From IMG/VR virus record IMGVR_UViG_3300020413_000987, positions 1-28,921 of that record: DNA of 28,921 nt. The stretch is one strand, 5' to 3'. The translations under genes and the position numbers were made by a program. The stretch is from a virus. Taxonomy: Duplodnaviria > Caudoviricetes. The notes under the pieces are model-generated. The model saw only the letters and a program-made list of their open reading frames with translations, did no database searches and was not told the DNA's origin. This document shows, one piece after another, positions 1 through 8,451 of the stretch; position 1 is the stretch's first letter, and the number at the start of each line of letters is the position of its first letter.

Positions 1-47
1 CATCTAATTATCTTCGTGACCCATCCAAGAAACCGAATTGGTTATGA
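1..47 (+). CDS. 3' end of an upstream gene (partial), ...SNYLRDPSKKPNWL*
   Basis: Open frame from 3 to TGA at 45-47, overlapping the next ATG (ATGA). Too short to assign a product. Confidence 0.55.
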   Translation, partial: SNYLRDPSKKPNWL

Positions 48-211
48 CTAGACTATGGAGAATATGGAAGTATGCACTCGGATCATTCTCAGACGAAAGA
101 ACAAAAAAGTACGATAATCACGTTGTTATGGTACGGACTTTTATATTTGTTACCTACTTTATTACTAATTGCTTTATTATTAGCGGAGTAATCCGACACT
201 GGTATGACTAA
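44..211 (+). CDS. small membrane protein, 55 aa (not in ORF track)
   Basis: Manual translation: MTRLWRIWKYALGSFSDERTKKYDNHVVMVRTFIFVTYFITNCFIISGVIRHWYD. ATGA coupling upstream, one hydrophobic segment, fills the gap exactly. Confidence 0.75.
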   Translation: MTRLWRIWKYALGSFSDERTKKYDNHVVMVRTFIFVTYFITNCFIISGVIRHWYD

Positions 212-434
212 CTTAATTGAAAAAAACGATCCACGTTACTTTTCTGAAACAAGTAGTGAATCTTATGATCGTCATCATTACAAAATAGTTTCTGCAACTA
301 AAACTTTTGTTGTAGAATCTTGGGAAGAAGCACAAGAATGGTGGTGGAATAATTGCCACTCACCAACAATTAAAGGTGCAGTTATCCATGTTATTGATAA
401 ACCAAAGACAAAGAAAAAATCCAAAGGATTTTAA
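204..434 (+). CDS. hypothetical protein, 76 aa
   Basis: ORF track; tightly packed with neighbours; ends in a KKSKGF tail of a kind common in cyanophage small proteins. Confidence 0.75.
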   Translation: MTNLIEKNDPRYFSETSSESYDRHHYKIVSATKTFVVESWEEAQEWWWNNCHSPTIKGAVIHVIDKPKTKKKSKGF

Positions 435-671
435 ATGAGTATAAAAATCTGTTCAAAGTGTAATGCAAAATGGATAGGTGGGCAGTTCTACTGGTCTACA
501 GGTAAAATGGGATGTCCTCATGATTTAGCAGGATTAGTTTGTAATGAAGCAGATCATAATGAATGTATAAACCCATGCAAAGGATCTACAAGTGGACAGA
601 CATGGGAACAACGTCGTTACTATCTTGATAGACTTAATGATTTGGGTTCTGAGAAAGATGATGATACTTAA
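435..671 (+). CDS. Cys-rich hypothetical protein, probably metal-binding
   Basis: CSKC...DLAGLVCN...CINPC; starts directly after the previous stop. Confidence 0.75.
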   Translation: MSIKICSKCNAKWIGGQFYWSTGKMGCPHDLAGLVCNEADHNECINPCKGSTSGQTWEQRRYYLDRLNDLGSEKDDDT

Positions 672-684
672 ATGTAAAGATTGA

Positions 685-713
685 TTGCACAAATAACCTA
701 TTTTGGTTACAAT
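685..713 (+). promoter_or_regulatory. sigma70-type (early) promoter
   Basis: TTGCAC (685-690), 17 nt spacer, TACAAT (708-713), in an intergenic gap. Confidence 0.6.
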
Positions 714-742
714 GTAATCATACATAGTAAATATAGAAAATT

Positions 743-940
743 ATGGAGATTTTAAGAATGATGTTATTTGCATCGCACCCATCTGTTTACACGTTACCAG
801 GTACATGGGAAGCACAACCAATGGTTTCAACTGATGTTCTTTACAGTACAACAGTTGGCATGGCATCATTTGGTATAATCACAATTGCAGCAACAGTAAT
901 ATCAATGTTAGCATTAAAAGGAAAAAGAAAAAGAATTTGA
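743..940 (+). CDS. small single-pass membrane protein
   Basis: Hydrophobic C-terminal helix (GMASFGIITIAATVISMLAL) followed by basic KGKRKR. Confidence 0.7.
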   Translation: MEILRMMLFASHPSVYTLPGTWEAQPMVSTDVLYSTTVGMASFGIITIAATVISMLALKGKRKRI

Positions 941-965
941 CTTATTGATCTTTTTATTATATTAT
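937..965 (+). promoter_or_regulatory. sigma70-type promoter for gp44
   Basis: TTGACT (937-942), 17 nt spacer, TATTAT (960-965). Confidence 0.65.
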
Positions 966-971
966 GTGTAA

Positions 972-1913
972 ATGAGTGATTTTATATGGGTCGAAAAATA
1001 TCGACCACAAACAATTGAAGACTGCATTCTTCCAGACAGTATAAAGAAAACATTTCAGGATTTCCTAAATACAGGAGAAATACCTAATATGTTACTAGCT
1101 GGACCTCCAGGTGTAGGTAAGACTACGGTAGCAAAAGCACTATGCAACGAACTGGGAGCAGATTTCTATGTCATCAATGGATCCGATGAAGGAAGATTCC
1201 TCGACACGGTACGAAATAACGCAAAAAACTTTGCATCTACTGTATCGTTGTCTTCGGAGGCGAAGCACAAGGTCATCATCATTGATGAAGCAGATAACAC
1301 AGGGAACGATGTACAGCTCTTACTTAGAGCGTTTATTGAAGAGTTCGCAGGGAATTGCAGATTCATCTTTACGTGCAACTACAAGAATAAAATACTCGAA
1401 CCACTCCACTCAAGGTGTGCTGTGGTTGAGTTCAATATTAAGGGCAAAGAGAAGCAAGAAATAGCAGCAAAGTTTTTTCAAAGATTACTTTATATTTTAG
1501 ATAAAGAAAAGGTAGAAGCAGATAAGAAAGTTTTAGTAGAATTAATAAACAAACATTTTCCAGATTGGAGAAGGGTTCTTAATGAATGCCAGAGGTATTC
1601 TGTTAGTGGAAAGATAGATACTGGTATATTAGCTGCTTTCTCAGACGTTGCTGTAAATGATCTCCTTAAAAATCTCAAAGAAAAAAACTTTTCGGAAGTT
1701 CGTAAGTGGGTTGTTTCCAACATGGATAATGAAACTTCTATGTTATTGCGTCGCATTTACGATAGCTTATATGGTGCCTTGGTCAGTAGCAGTATACCTG
1801 CTGCTGTCCTTATTATTGCAAAATATCAGTACCAAATTGCGTTCGTCGCAGATCAAGAAATTAATCTTCTGGCAGCGTTAACTGAAATCATGGTTGAGTG
1901 TGAATTTAAGTGA
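972..1913 (+). CDS. 44: sliding clamp loader large subunit, T4 gp44-like AAA+ ATPase
   Basis: WVEKYRP RFC box, Walker A GPPGVGKT, Walker B IIIDEAD, SRC motif. Confidence 0.97.
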   Translation: MSDFIWVEKYRPQTIEDCILPDSIKKTFQDFLNTGEIPNMLLAGPPGVGKTTVAKALCNELGADFYVINGSDEGRFLDTVRNNAKNFASTVSLSSEAKHKVIIIDEADNTGNDVQLLLRAFIEEFAGNCRFIFTCNYKNKILEPLHSRCAVVEFNIKGKEKQEIAAKFFQRLLYILDKEKVEADKKVLVELINKHFPDWRRVLNECQRYSVSGKIDTGILAAFSDVAVNDLLKNLKEKNFSEVRKWVVSNMDNETSMLLRRIYDSLYGALVSSSIPAAVLIIAKYQYQIAFVADQEINLLAALTEIMVECEFK

Positions 1914-2413
1914 TTCAAGTTTTAGAAAATCCCAAAACAGAAAACTATGAAAAATTTAAAAAGTTTGTTCTCTCAAATGAGTTTCCGTGGAGACATAATG
2001 TATCAACAAATATGCCTTTCTATAGTCATGTATTTTTACAGAGACCAGAACTGAACGGATATTCAGAATCTCATTCCAAATGGACTAATCAAAATCTTAT
2101 TGTTATGAGTGAACTTGTGGATTATAATGGTCTATATAAAGATCTTCCATATTTTTTCTTGAGATCAAATGCAAATGCTACTCATCCTGATGCAGGGCAT
2201 CAATACTCAGATCCACATATAGATCATCCACATACACCCCATTCTAATTTAATTGTTTATCTAACTGATACTGATGGAGAAACAATTGTGGAGAATAAGA
2301 AACATTCTCCAAAAGAAGATGATGTAATTCTTTTTACAGGAAAGCATTATATGAAAAGACCAAGCAAAGGTCGAAGAGTAATTTTAATTTCTACACTATT
2401 TGGAGAATACTAA
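1910..2413 (+). CDS. 2OG-Fe(II) oxygenase-like protein
   Basis: HxD (PHID), distal His (GKHY), C-terminal RRVIL strand; GTG start overlapping the gp44 stop. Confidence 0.65.
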   Translation: MIQVLENPKTENYEKFKKFVLSNEFPWRHNVSTNMPFYSHVFLQRPELNGYSESHSKWTNQNLIVMSELVDYNGLYKDLPYFFLRSNANATHPDAGHQYSDPHIDHPHTPHSNLIVYLTDTDGETIVENKKHSPKEDDVILFTGKHYMKRPSKGRRVILISTLFGEY

Positions 2414-2697
2414 TGAACGTAAAACTAATCCGTATGTGGTCTGGCGAAGATGTAATCGCCAATCTTGTTAAAGAGGATTCTGAATCAATATCAATCACAG
2501 ATCCAATTGTGGCAGTTCCTTCACAACAAGAAGGACAAATAGGATTTGCCCCTTGGTCTCCTTTACTTGAAAAGGATGAACTTGAAGTTGTTAAAAGGTA
2601 TGTTGTATACATTGCAAATCCCCAAGAAGAGATTATCGAACAATATAACTTGATGTATGGTAAGATACAAAAACCTAGTAAAAAATTAATTCTGTAA
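2413..2697 (+). CDS. conserved T4-like hypothetical protein, small beta-rich fold
   Basis: MNVKLIRMWSGEDVIA...FAPWSP; similar to the ORF at 10354. Confidence 0.8.
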   Translation: MNVKLIRMWSGEDVIANLVKEDSESISITDPIVAVPSQQEGQIGFAPWSPLLEKDELEVVKRYVVYIANPQEEIIEQYNLMYGKIQKPSKKLIL

Positions 2698-2814
2698 ATG
2701 GATCTTCAAAACAAAATCGATAGTGCTAAGACTAGGATTCTAGAATTAGAATCCCTCATAGGATATTGGGAAAAAGCGAAGAGTAGACAAGAAGAGAAAA
2801 ATAAGGTAGAATAG
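2698..2814 (+). CDS. small coiled-coil hypothetical protein, 38 aa (not in ORF track)
   Basis: MDLQNKIDSAKTRILELESLIGYWEKAKSRQEEKNKVE; ATG immediately after the preceding TAA. Confidence 0.6.
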   Translation: MDLQNKIDSAKTRILELESLIGYWEKAKSRQEEKNKVE

Positions 2815-2835
2815 AATATACAGAATAGTATACAA

Positions 2836-3114
2836 ATGACTGTATCAAAAACAAAAGTAAAAGCACAAGTTAAATCAAGGTGGTATTACTATTTCTGGGG
2901 AACCGCAACCATTGCAGTTGTAACAGGACAAGTTTATGTTGGAAATGGTTTCCGTAGAATGGCAGACTCATTCGATGAATCGTTAAAAACTCCTCTACTG
3001 ATTACTATACCTCAGTTAGAAGATTCTTCTCCATATCAATCTCCTAGAAATAGTGGAGGTTATCCTGTAATTCCAGATCGTAAAATATTAGGACAAATGG
3101 AGATTGAAGGATAA
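2836..3114 (+). CDS. hypothetical protein with N-terminal membrane anchor
   Basis: Basic N-terminus followed by WYYYFWGTATIAVVTGQVYVG. Confidence 0.75.
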   Translation: MTVSKTKVKAQVKSRWYYYFWGTATIAVVTGQVYVGNGFRRMADSFDESLKTPLLITIPQLEDSSPYQSPRNSGGYPVIPDRKILGQMEIEG

Positions 3115-3119
3115 GCATT

Positions 3120-3341
3120 ATGAAGATTGATACTCAAGGAATGTCATTTGGAACTGAAAAGAGTGGTGGTAAATCATTACAAGAACAACGTGATGCCATC
3201 CCACCTATGGTGGTTAATAAAATGAATCTTATATCGGACGCACTTAAAATAGAATTAAAACAACTCATCAATGAAGTCCTTGATGAAAGAAAATACATCA
3301 TAATGCAAGAAGAACCTAAACCTGTTGGAGAGGAACAATAA
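3120..3341 (+). CDS. hypothetical protein, 73 aa
   Basis: ORF track; operon-like spacing. Confidence 0.7.
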   Translation: MKIDTQGMSFGTEKSGGKSLQEQRDAIPPMVVNKMNLISDALKIELKQLINEVLDERKYIIMQEEPKPVGEEQ

Positions 3342-3342
3342 T

Positions 3343-3483
3343 ATGCATCTTAATTTAGATCCTGATTTTACCTTTGGTATATCAATTGCAGTCATTACTG
3401 TTTTGTTAACAGCATATGGTGTATATAAAGGATTCTTTGCTAATGAAAATTTAACAGATCCTTGGGACGATCATGACGACTAA
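3343..3483 (+). CDS. psbN: photosystem II assembly protein PsbN, 46 aa (not in ORF track)
   Basis: MHLNLDPDFTFGISIAVITVLLTAYGVYKGFFANENLTDPWDDHDD: one TM helix ending T-x-Y-G-x-Y-x-x-F, plus the PsbN C-terminal L-x-D-P-(F/W)-acid-acid-H-x-D signature. Confidence 0.85.
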   Translation: MHLNLDPDFTFGISIAVITVLLTAYGVYKGFFANENLTDPWDDHDD

Positions 3484-4396
3484 ATCACACAAAACTCCAC
3501 TTCGTTATCCTGGTGGCAAGTCTCGTGCTTGTACTAAGATGGATCAATACTTTCCAGATCTTAGAAATTATACTGAGTTTAGAGAACCTTTTTTAGGTGG
3601 TGGTAGTGTAGCAATTCATATTGCAAAAAAGTATCCCCATCTTAAAATTACAGTAAATGATTTATATGAACCATTATATAATTTTTGGATTCAGTTACAA
3701 ACATTTGGAGACGAATTAACAGACGCTATAAAAGATTTTAAATCATCTTATCCAGAACCAGATTCAGCAAGAGAATTATTTGTTGAATCTAAAGAGTTGG
3801 TAAACGATAAAAGTATTAATAGTTTAGAACGTGCTGCTAGATTTTATGTTGTTAATAAGTGCTCTTTTAGTGGACTAACAGAAAGTTCTTCATTTTCCCA
3901 ACAGGCATCTGTTTCTAATTTTTCATTGAGAGGTATTGAAAAGTTACCTGGTTATTCTGAAATAATATCTGGTTGGAATATAAATCAATATTCATATGAA
4001 TATCTACTAAAGAATGATTTACATGATGGTATCTTTATATACTTAGATCCTCCATATGATATAAAAGATAATTTGTATGGTAAGAAAGGGGAAATGCATA
4101 AACGATTTGATCATGATCTATTCGCAAAAGATTGTCAAGATTCTAATATTGATATGATGATTAGTTATAATGCTAGTCAATTAGTTAAGGATCGTTTTGT
4201 TGACTCTAAATGGAATGCAGCTGAATTTGATATGACTTATACTATGAGATCTGTTGGAGAATATATGAGAGAACAAAAACAAAGAAAGGAGTTATTGTTA
4301 GTAAACTATAAAACAAATCAACCAAAACTGGAATTTAGTTTTGATGGGTGTTATAATTATGATAAATTAAAGAAAGAAGGTTACATTAACCAATAA
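3473..4396 (+). CDS. dam: DNA adenine methyltransferase, Dam/D12 class
   Basis: LRYPGGKS, EPFLGGGS (SAM binding), catalytic DPPY. Confidence 0.93.
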   Translation: MTTKSHKTPLRYPGGKSRACTKMDQYFPDLRNYTEFREPFLGGGSVAIHIAKKYPHLKITVNDLYEPLYNFWIQLQTFGDELTDAIKDFKSSYPEPDSARELFVESKELVNDKSINSLERAARFYVVNKCSFSGLTESSSFSQQASVSNFSLRGIEKLPGYSEIISGWNINQYSYEYLLKNDLHDGIFIYLDPPYDIKDNLYGKKGEMHKRFDHDLFAKDCQDSNIDMMISYNASQLVKDRFVDSKWNAAEFDMTYTMRSVGEYMREQKQRKELLLVNYKTNQPKLEFSFDGCYNYDKLKKEGYINQ

Positions 4397-4406
4397 AATA
4401 ATTTCT

Positions 4407-7157
4407 ATGTCAGAGTTTATTCAACGTCATATAGGACCCTCAGAAGAGGAGCAATTTAAAATGTTATCTGATTTGGGACTTAGTTCCATTGATGAACTTG
4501 TAAGACAAGTAGTTCCAGATTCTATCCTATTAAGAGGAGATAATAAATTACCTGATGGATGTAGTGAACACGAAGCACTAACAGAATTAAAAGAAGTTGC
4601 AGAAAGAAATGAAGTTAAAAGATCACTGATTGGGCAAGGATATTATGGAACAATAGTTCCACCTGTTATTCAACGCAATGTTTTAGAAAATCCTGCATGG
4701 TATACTTCTTACACTCCATATCAAGCAGAGATATCTCAAGGTAGATTAGAAGCATTATTTAATTTTCAAACATTAATCACAGAACTTACAGGATTACCTG
4801 TAGCAAATGCATCACTGTTAGATGAAGGAACTGCAGCTGCAGAAGCAATGATACTTGCTCATAGTGCTAGTAGTAAGAAAACTGATTTTGTAGTTGATGA
4901 TAAAATATTTCCACAGACATTAAAAGTATTAGAAACGAGAGCAAAACCATTAGGTATTAATATAATTAAACTTGATTTGGATGATTCAATACCAATGGCA
5001 TTCTTTGTTGATGCATTTGGGTTATTAGTTCAATTTCCAAATAATCATGGTAAGTTGAGACATCCTGATGGATTATTAAAATTAGCAGAAGTTTATAAAT
5101 GTATGAAGATTGCTATCGTAGATCCTCTATGTCAGGTTTTAATGAAACCTGTAGCAGATATAGGTTTTGATATCGCAGTCGGCAGTATGCAACGATTTGG
5201 AGTGCCTATGGGGTATGGAGGACCTCATGCAGCATTCTTTGCAACCACTGAGAAATATAAACGAAAGATTCCTGGACGTATTGTAGGGCAGTCTCTAGAC
5301 TCCCAAGGTAATAAAGCACTACGGCTAGCATTGCAAACAAGGGAACAACACATAAGACGAGACAAAGCAACATCCAATATATGCACTGCTCAAGCACTCC
5401 TCGCAAATATGGCAGGTTTTTATGCTGCTTACCACGGTGCGGAAGGTCTGAAAAGAATATCAAATAGAATATTAAGATATAGAGAGACGTTAAAAACAGC
5501 ATTAAGATGGTGTAATAAGAATGTTGATGATTATGAGGGTTTTGATACTATCAGAGTAGAGACCGATATGGATTCTTTTATTTCTTTAAGTAAAAAATTC
5601 AATGCCAGATATGAAGATGGTTGGATGATTCTATCTATAGATGAACTTACCACATTATCTGAAATTAGTGAAATAGTACAAACTCAACTTGATTTTGATT
5701 CTAGATCAAGTACTATTAATCATGTGTTTGAAACCTGTAAAAGTTATGTATGGAAGGATATACCTACAAGAAAAAAGGATTGGTTAGAACAAGATGTATT
5801 CAATAAGTATCATAGCGAAACTAATATGATGAGATATATTAATGAATTAGTAGCAAAAGATTATTCATTGATACATGGTATGATGCCATTAGGTAGTTGT
5901 ACTATGAAATTAAATGCAGCATCAGAACTGATGCCTGTATCATGGCCAGAGTTTGCAAACATACATCCATTTGTACCTAAAGATCAAGTAGAAGGATACG
6001 ATATCATAATCAATGATCTAAAAGGATGGTTGTGCGAGATTACTGGATTTGATTCAATATCATTACAACCAAATGCAGGATCACAGGGAGAGTATGCAGG
6101 TTTGCTTGCAATACAAGAATATCATAAAAGTCGTGGAGATACAAAGAGAAACGTATGTTTAATTCCTACAAGTGCACATGGAACCAATCCTGCCAGTGCT
6201 ATTATGGCAGGTATGAAAATTGTAGGTATTAAATGTGATGATGATGGAAATATTGATTTAGAAGATTTAGAGAAGAAAGCAATCATGAATACCTTTGAAC
6301 TTGCTGCAATCATGATTACATATCCTTCTACTCATGGTGTCTTTGAACCTACTATTAAAGATATCTGTAGAATTGTTCATGAGAATGGAGGTCAGGTTTA
6401 TCTTGATGGAGCAAATCTAAATGCACAAGTATGTCTAGCAAAACCATGTGAGTATGGTGCTGATGTATGCCATCTGAATTTGCATAAAACATTTTGTATC
6501 CCTCATGGTGGGGGCGGTCCAGGTGTTGGTCCTATTGGGGTTGCAAAACATTTGACACCTTTTGTTACACATCAGGTATCAGCAGCAGAGCAAGGTAGTG
6601 CATCTATACTACCTATCAGTTGGATGTATATTAGAATGATGGGTGCAGATGGATTAAGAAAAGCAAGTGAAATATCTCTTTTAAGTGCAAACTGGTTGTC
6701 TTACAAAATAGATCCATCCTTTAAAGTGCTATACAAAGCAGAGAATGGTCGTGTTGCACATGAATGTATTTTTGATTGTCGTACTCTTCCTGTTACCGCA
6801 GAAGATGTAGCAAAGAGACTTATGGATTATGGTTTTCATGCTCCTACTTTATCATGGCCAGTAGCAAATACTATGATGGTTGAACCAACTGAATCAGAAT
6901 CATTAGATGAACTTCAAAGATTTGTAGATGCTATGGAAAAAATAAAAAGAGAGATATATACTATCCCAGATATTGTCAAGAATGCTCCACATACAGAATC
7001 AGAAGTATGTGGTCAATGGGATCATGCATATACAAGAGAGGAAGCAGTATTTCCTAATAACCCTAAACGTAAGTTCTGGCCAGCAGTTTCAAGAATTGAT
7101 AATGTTTATGGAGATAGAAATCTTGTTTGTTCTTGTACAGTGGAGATTACTGCGTGA
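4407..7157 (+). CDS. gcvP: glycine dehydrogenase (decarboxylating), glycine cleavage P protein
   Basis: RHIGP, YTPYQAEISQGRLE, REQHIRRDKATSNICTAQAL, PLGSCTMKLN, PLP lysine in HLNLHKTF, GGGGPG, C-terminal DRNLVCSC. Confidence 0.97.
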   Translation: MSEFIQRHIGPSEEEQFKMLSDLGLSSIDELVRQVVPDSILLRGDNKLPDGCSEHEALTELKEVAERNEVKRSLIGQGYYGTIVPPVIQRNVLENPAWYTSYTPYQAEISQGRLEALFNFQTLITELTGLPVANASLLDEGTAAAEAMILAHSASSKKTDFVVDDKIFPQTLKVLETRAKPLGINIIKLDLDDSIPMAFFVDAFGLLVQFPNNHGKLRHPDGLLKLAEVYKCMKIAIVDPLCQVLMKPVADIGFDIAVGSMQRFGVPMGYGGPHAAFFATTEKYKRKIPGRIVGQSLDSQGNKALRLALQTREQHIRRDKATSNICTAQALLANMAGFYAAYHGAEGLKRISNRILRYRETLKTALRWCNKNVDDYEGFDTIRVETDMDSFISLSKKFNARYEDGWMILSIDELTTLSEISEIVQTQLDFDSRSSTINHVFETCKSYVWKDIPTRKKDWLEQDVFNKYHSETNMMRYINELVAKDYSLIHGMMPLGSCTMKLNAASELMPVSWPEFANIHPFVPKDQVEGYDIIINDLKGWLCEITGFDSISLQPNAGSQGEYAGLLAIQEYHKSRGDTKRNVCLIPTSAHGTNPASAIMAGMKIVGIKCDDDGNIDLEDLEKKAIMNTFELAAIMITYPSTHGVFEPTIKDICRIVHENGGQVYLDGANLNAQVCLAKPCEYGADVCHLNLHKTFCIPHGGGGPGVGPIGVAKHLTPFVTHQVSAAEQGSASILPISWMYIRMMGADGLRKASEISLLSANWLSYKIDPSFKVLYKAENGRVAHECIFDCRTLPVTAEDVAKRLMDYGFHAPTLSWPVANTMMVEPTESESLDELQRFVDAMEKIKREIYTIPDIVKNAPHTESEVCGQWDHAYTREEAVFPNNPKRKFWPAVSRIDNVYGDRNLVCSCTVEITA

Positions 7158-7330
7158 TAGAGTTAGATTATGATCAATTGAAAATGTTAAAGAATCAATT
7201 ATCTTTTTTAAGATCTTATATTCCATATCAAGAGAGAGGAGATGTGCCATTCCATTCAAAAATGTGGTATGATTATCATCAGGATCTATTAGATAAAGTT
7301 ACACTTGAATTAAAAAAATATGAGCACTGA
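7154..7330 (+). CDS. hypothetical protein, about 58 aa
   Basis: ORF track gives 7127; the GTG at 7154 overlapping the gcvP stop (GTGA) is the more likely start. Confidence 0.55.
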   Translation: MIELDYDQLKMLKNQLSFLRSYIPYQERGDVPFHSKMWYDYHQDLLDKVTLELKKYEH

Positions 7331-7706
7331 ATTAAAAGACTGGTTAAATTCAATAAATCTATCAAAGAAAAATATAATAGACGAAGATCCATCTCTAGAA
7401 AAAGACTATCCTGCCTATATTATCAATCGTTGTTTCTCTGGTCATCTTGATGCAATTATGTTTGCAAATGAGATGAATATGAACCCTTTATTGCAAAAGA
7501 AGCTTCAATATGATTTTTTACTAAATACACTCAGAACTAAGAAGAGATACTCTCCTTGGCTCCGTAAAGATACGATCAAAGATCTTGACTTGGTAAAACG
7601 TTATTATGGTTATAGTAACGAAAAGGCAAAACAAGCTTTGAGAATTCTAACACAAGAACAACTTGATTTTATAAAATCTAAATTTGAAACTGGAGGAAAA
7701 CGATGA
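7320..7706 (+). CDS. 62: clamp loader small subunit, T4 gp62-like
   Basis: LKDWLNSIN...YIINRCFS...ANEMN...QYDF...YYGYSNEKA; lies directly before regA. Confidence 0.92.
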   Translation: MSTELKDWLNSINLSKKNIIDEDPSLEKDYPAYIINRCFSGHLDAIMFANEMNMNPLLQKKLQYDFLLNTLRTKKRYSPWLRKDTIKDLDLVKRYYGYSNEKAKQALRILTQEQLDFIKSKFETGGKR

Positions 7707-8140
7707 GTGTTGTTAGAGAACCTGAAGTGACGTGGTCGCCAGAGAGGATGGTAGAAGTCTTACTCAATGAACCCGATGATTTTTTGAAAGTTAGAGAAAC
7801 GTTGACTCGTATTGGAGTAGCATCGAGAAAAGAAAAGAAGATATATCAATCATGTCATATACTGCATAAGCAGGGAAGATATTACCTTGTTCATTTTAAA
7901 GAACTCTTTGCTCTTGATGGGAAACATGCTAACTTAACTTCCAATGATGTTCAAAGAAGAAATCGTATTGCACAACTTCTTGCTGATTGGGGGTTAGTTG
8001 GTATTGTAGATACTGATAGAATACAAGATATTGCACCTTTAAATCAAATTAAAGTATTAGCATATAAAGACAAAGGAGACTGGATACTTGAGACAAAATA
8101 CAATATAGGCAGTAAGAAGAAAAAAGCAGAAGAAGTTTAA
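7703..8140 (+). CDS. regA: translational repressor RegA
   Basis: DDFLKVRETLTRIGVAS, QSCHILHKQGRYYLVHFKELF. Confidence 0.97.
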   Translation: MSVVREPEVTWSPERMVEVLLNEPDDFLKVRETLTRIGVASRKEKKIYQSCHILHKQGRYYLVHFKELFALDGKHANLTSNDVQRRNRIAQLLADWGLVGIVDTDRIQDIAPLNQIKVLAYKDKGDWILETKYNIGSKKKKAEEV

Positions 8141-8168
8141 GTTAATAATTTCTTAAGGTTTATAGGGG

Positions 8169-8197
8169 TTGACACTTTCTTAATTTGTTGCTATATT
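8169..8197 (+). promoter_or_regulatory. sigma70-type promoter driving the structured RNA
   Basis: TTGACA (8169-8174), 17 nt spacer, TG-n-TATATT (8192-8197). Confidence 0.8.
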
Positions 8198-8202
8198 ATA
8201 TT

Positions 8203-8385
8203 TGTTGGACGCAACATAGGGAGTGACTGAATAAACTTACTGGCAATCGCTGGTTAAGGTGATGAGACACAGGTGGTGCTGCTGCGAAAGCAGAATCGAT
8301 TTACCAATCGGGTCTCAGGCAAGGATGTATTTACTCTGTAGTAATGCCCATTCTTTGTTGGTACACAGGAATCCAACCTCCCCCC
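8203..8385 (+). ncRNA. multi-stem structured RNA, most likely the manA RNA motif
   Basis: GC-rich non-coding island. Helices GGGAG(8219-23)/CTCCC(8378-82), TGAGAC(8263-68)/GTCTCA(8312-17), CTGC-GAAA-GCAG(8282-93), CGATT-TACC-AATCG(8297-8310), GTTGG(8357-61)/CCAAC(8373-77). Size, cyanophage context and a downstream mannose-metabolism gene fit manA; the family name is from recall. Confidence 0.75.
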
Positions 8386-8391
8386 TTTTTT

Positions 8392-8440
8392 AGACCTAAG
8401 ATGCAACTCTACGAGTGGGCAGATGGTCTTATTTTTTTTT
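8392..8440 (+). terminator. terminator-like interrupted hairpin with U-tract
   Basis: AGACC(8392-96)/GGTCT(8425-29), inner TGC/GCA and ACTC-TAC-GAGT, then TA and T9. Confidence 0.5.
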
Positions 8441-8451
8441 ATATGGAGTAA

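Noticed and set aside
4380-4407. Glycine riboswitch upstream of gcvP
   Set aside because: Only 10 nt separate dam and gcvP; there is no room and no aptamer motif.
8203-8385. tRNA, tmRNA or group I intron reading of the structured RNA
   Set aside because: No T-loop GTTC, acceptor stem with CCA, tag reading frame or P7 core is recognisable, and the flanking genes are not split.
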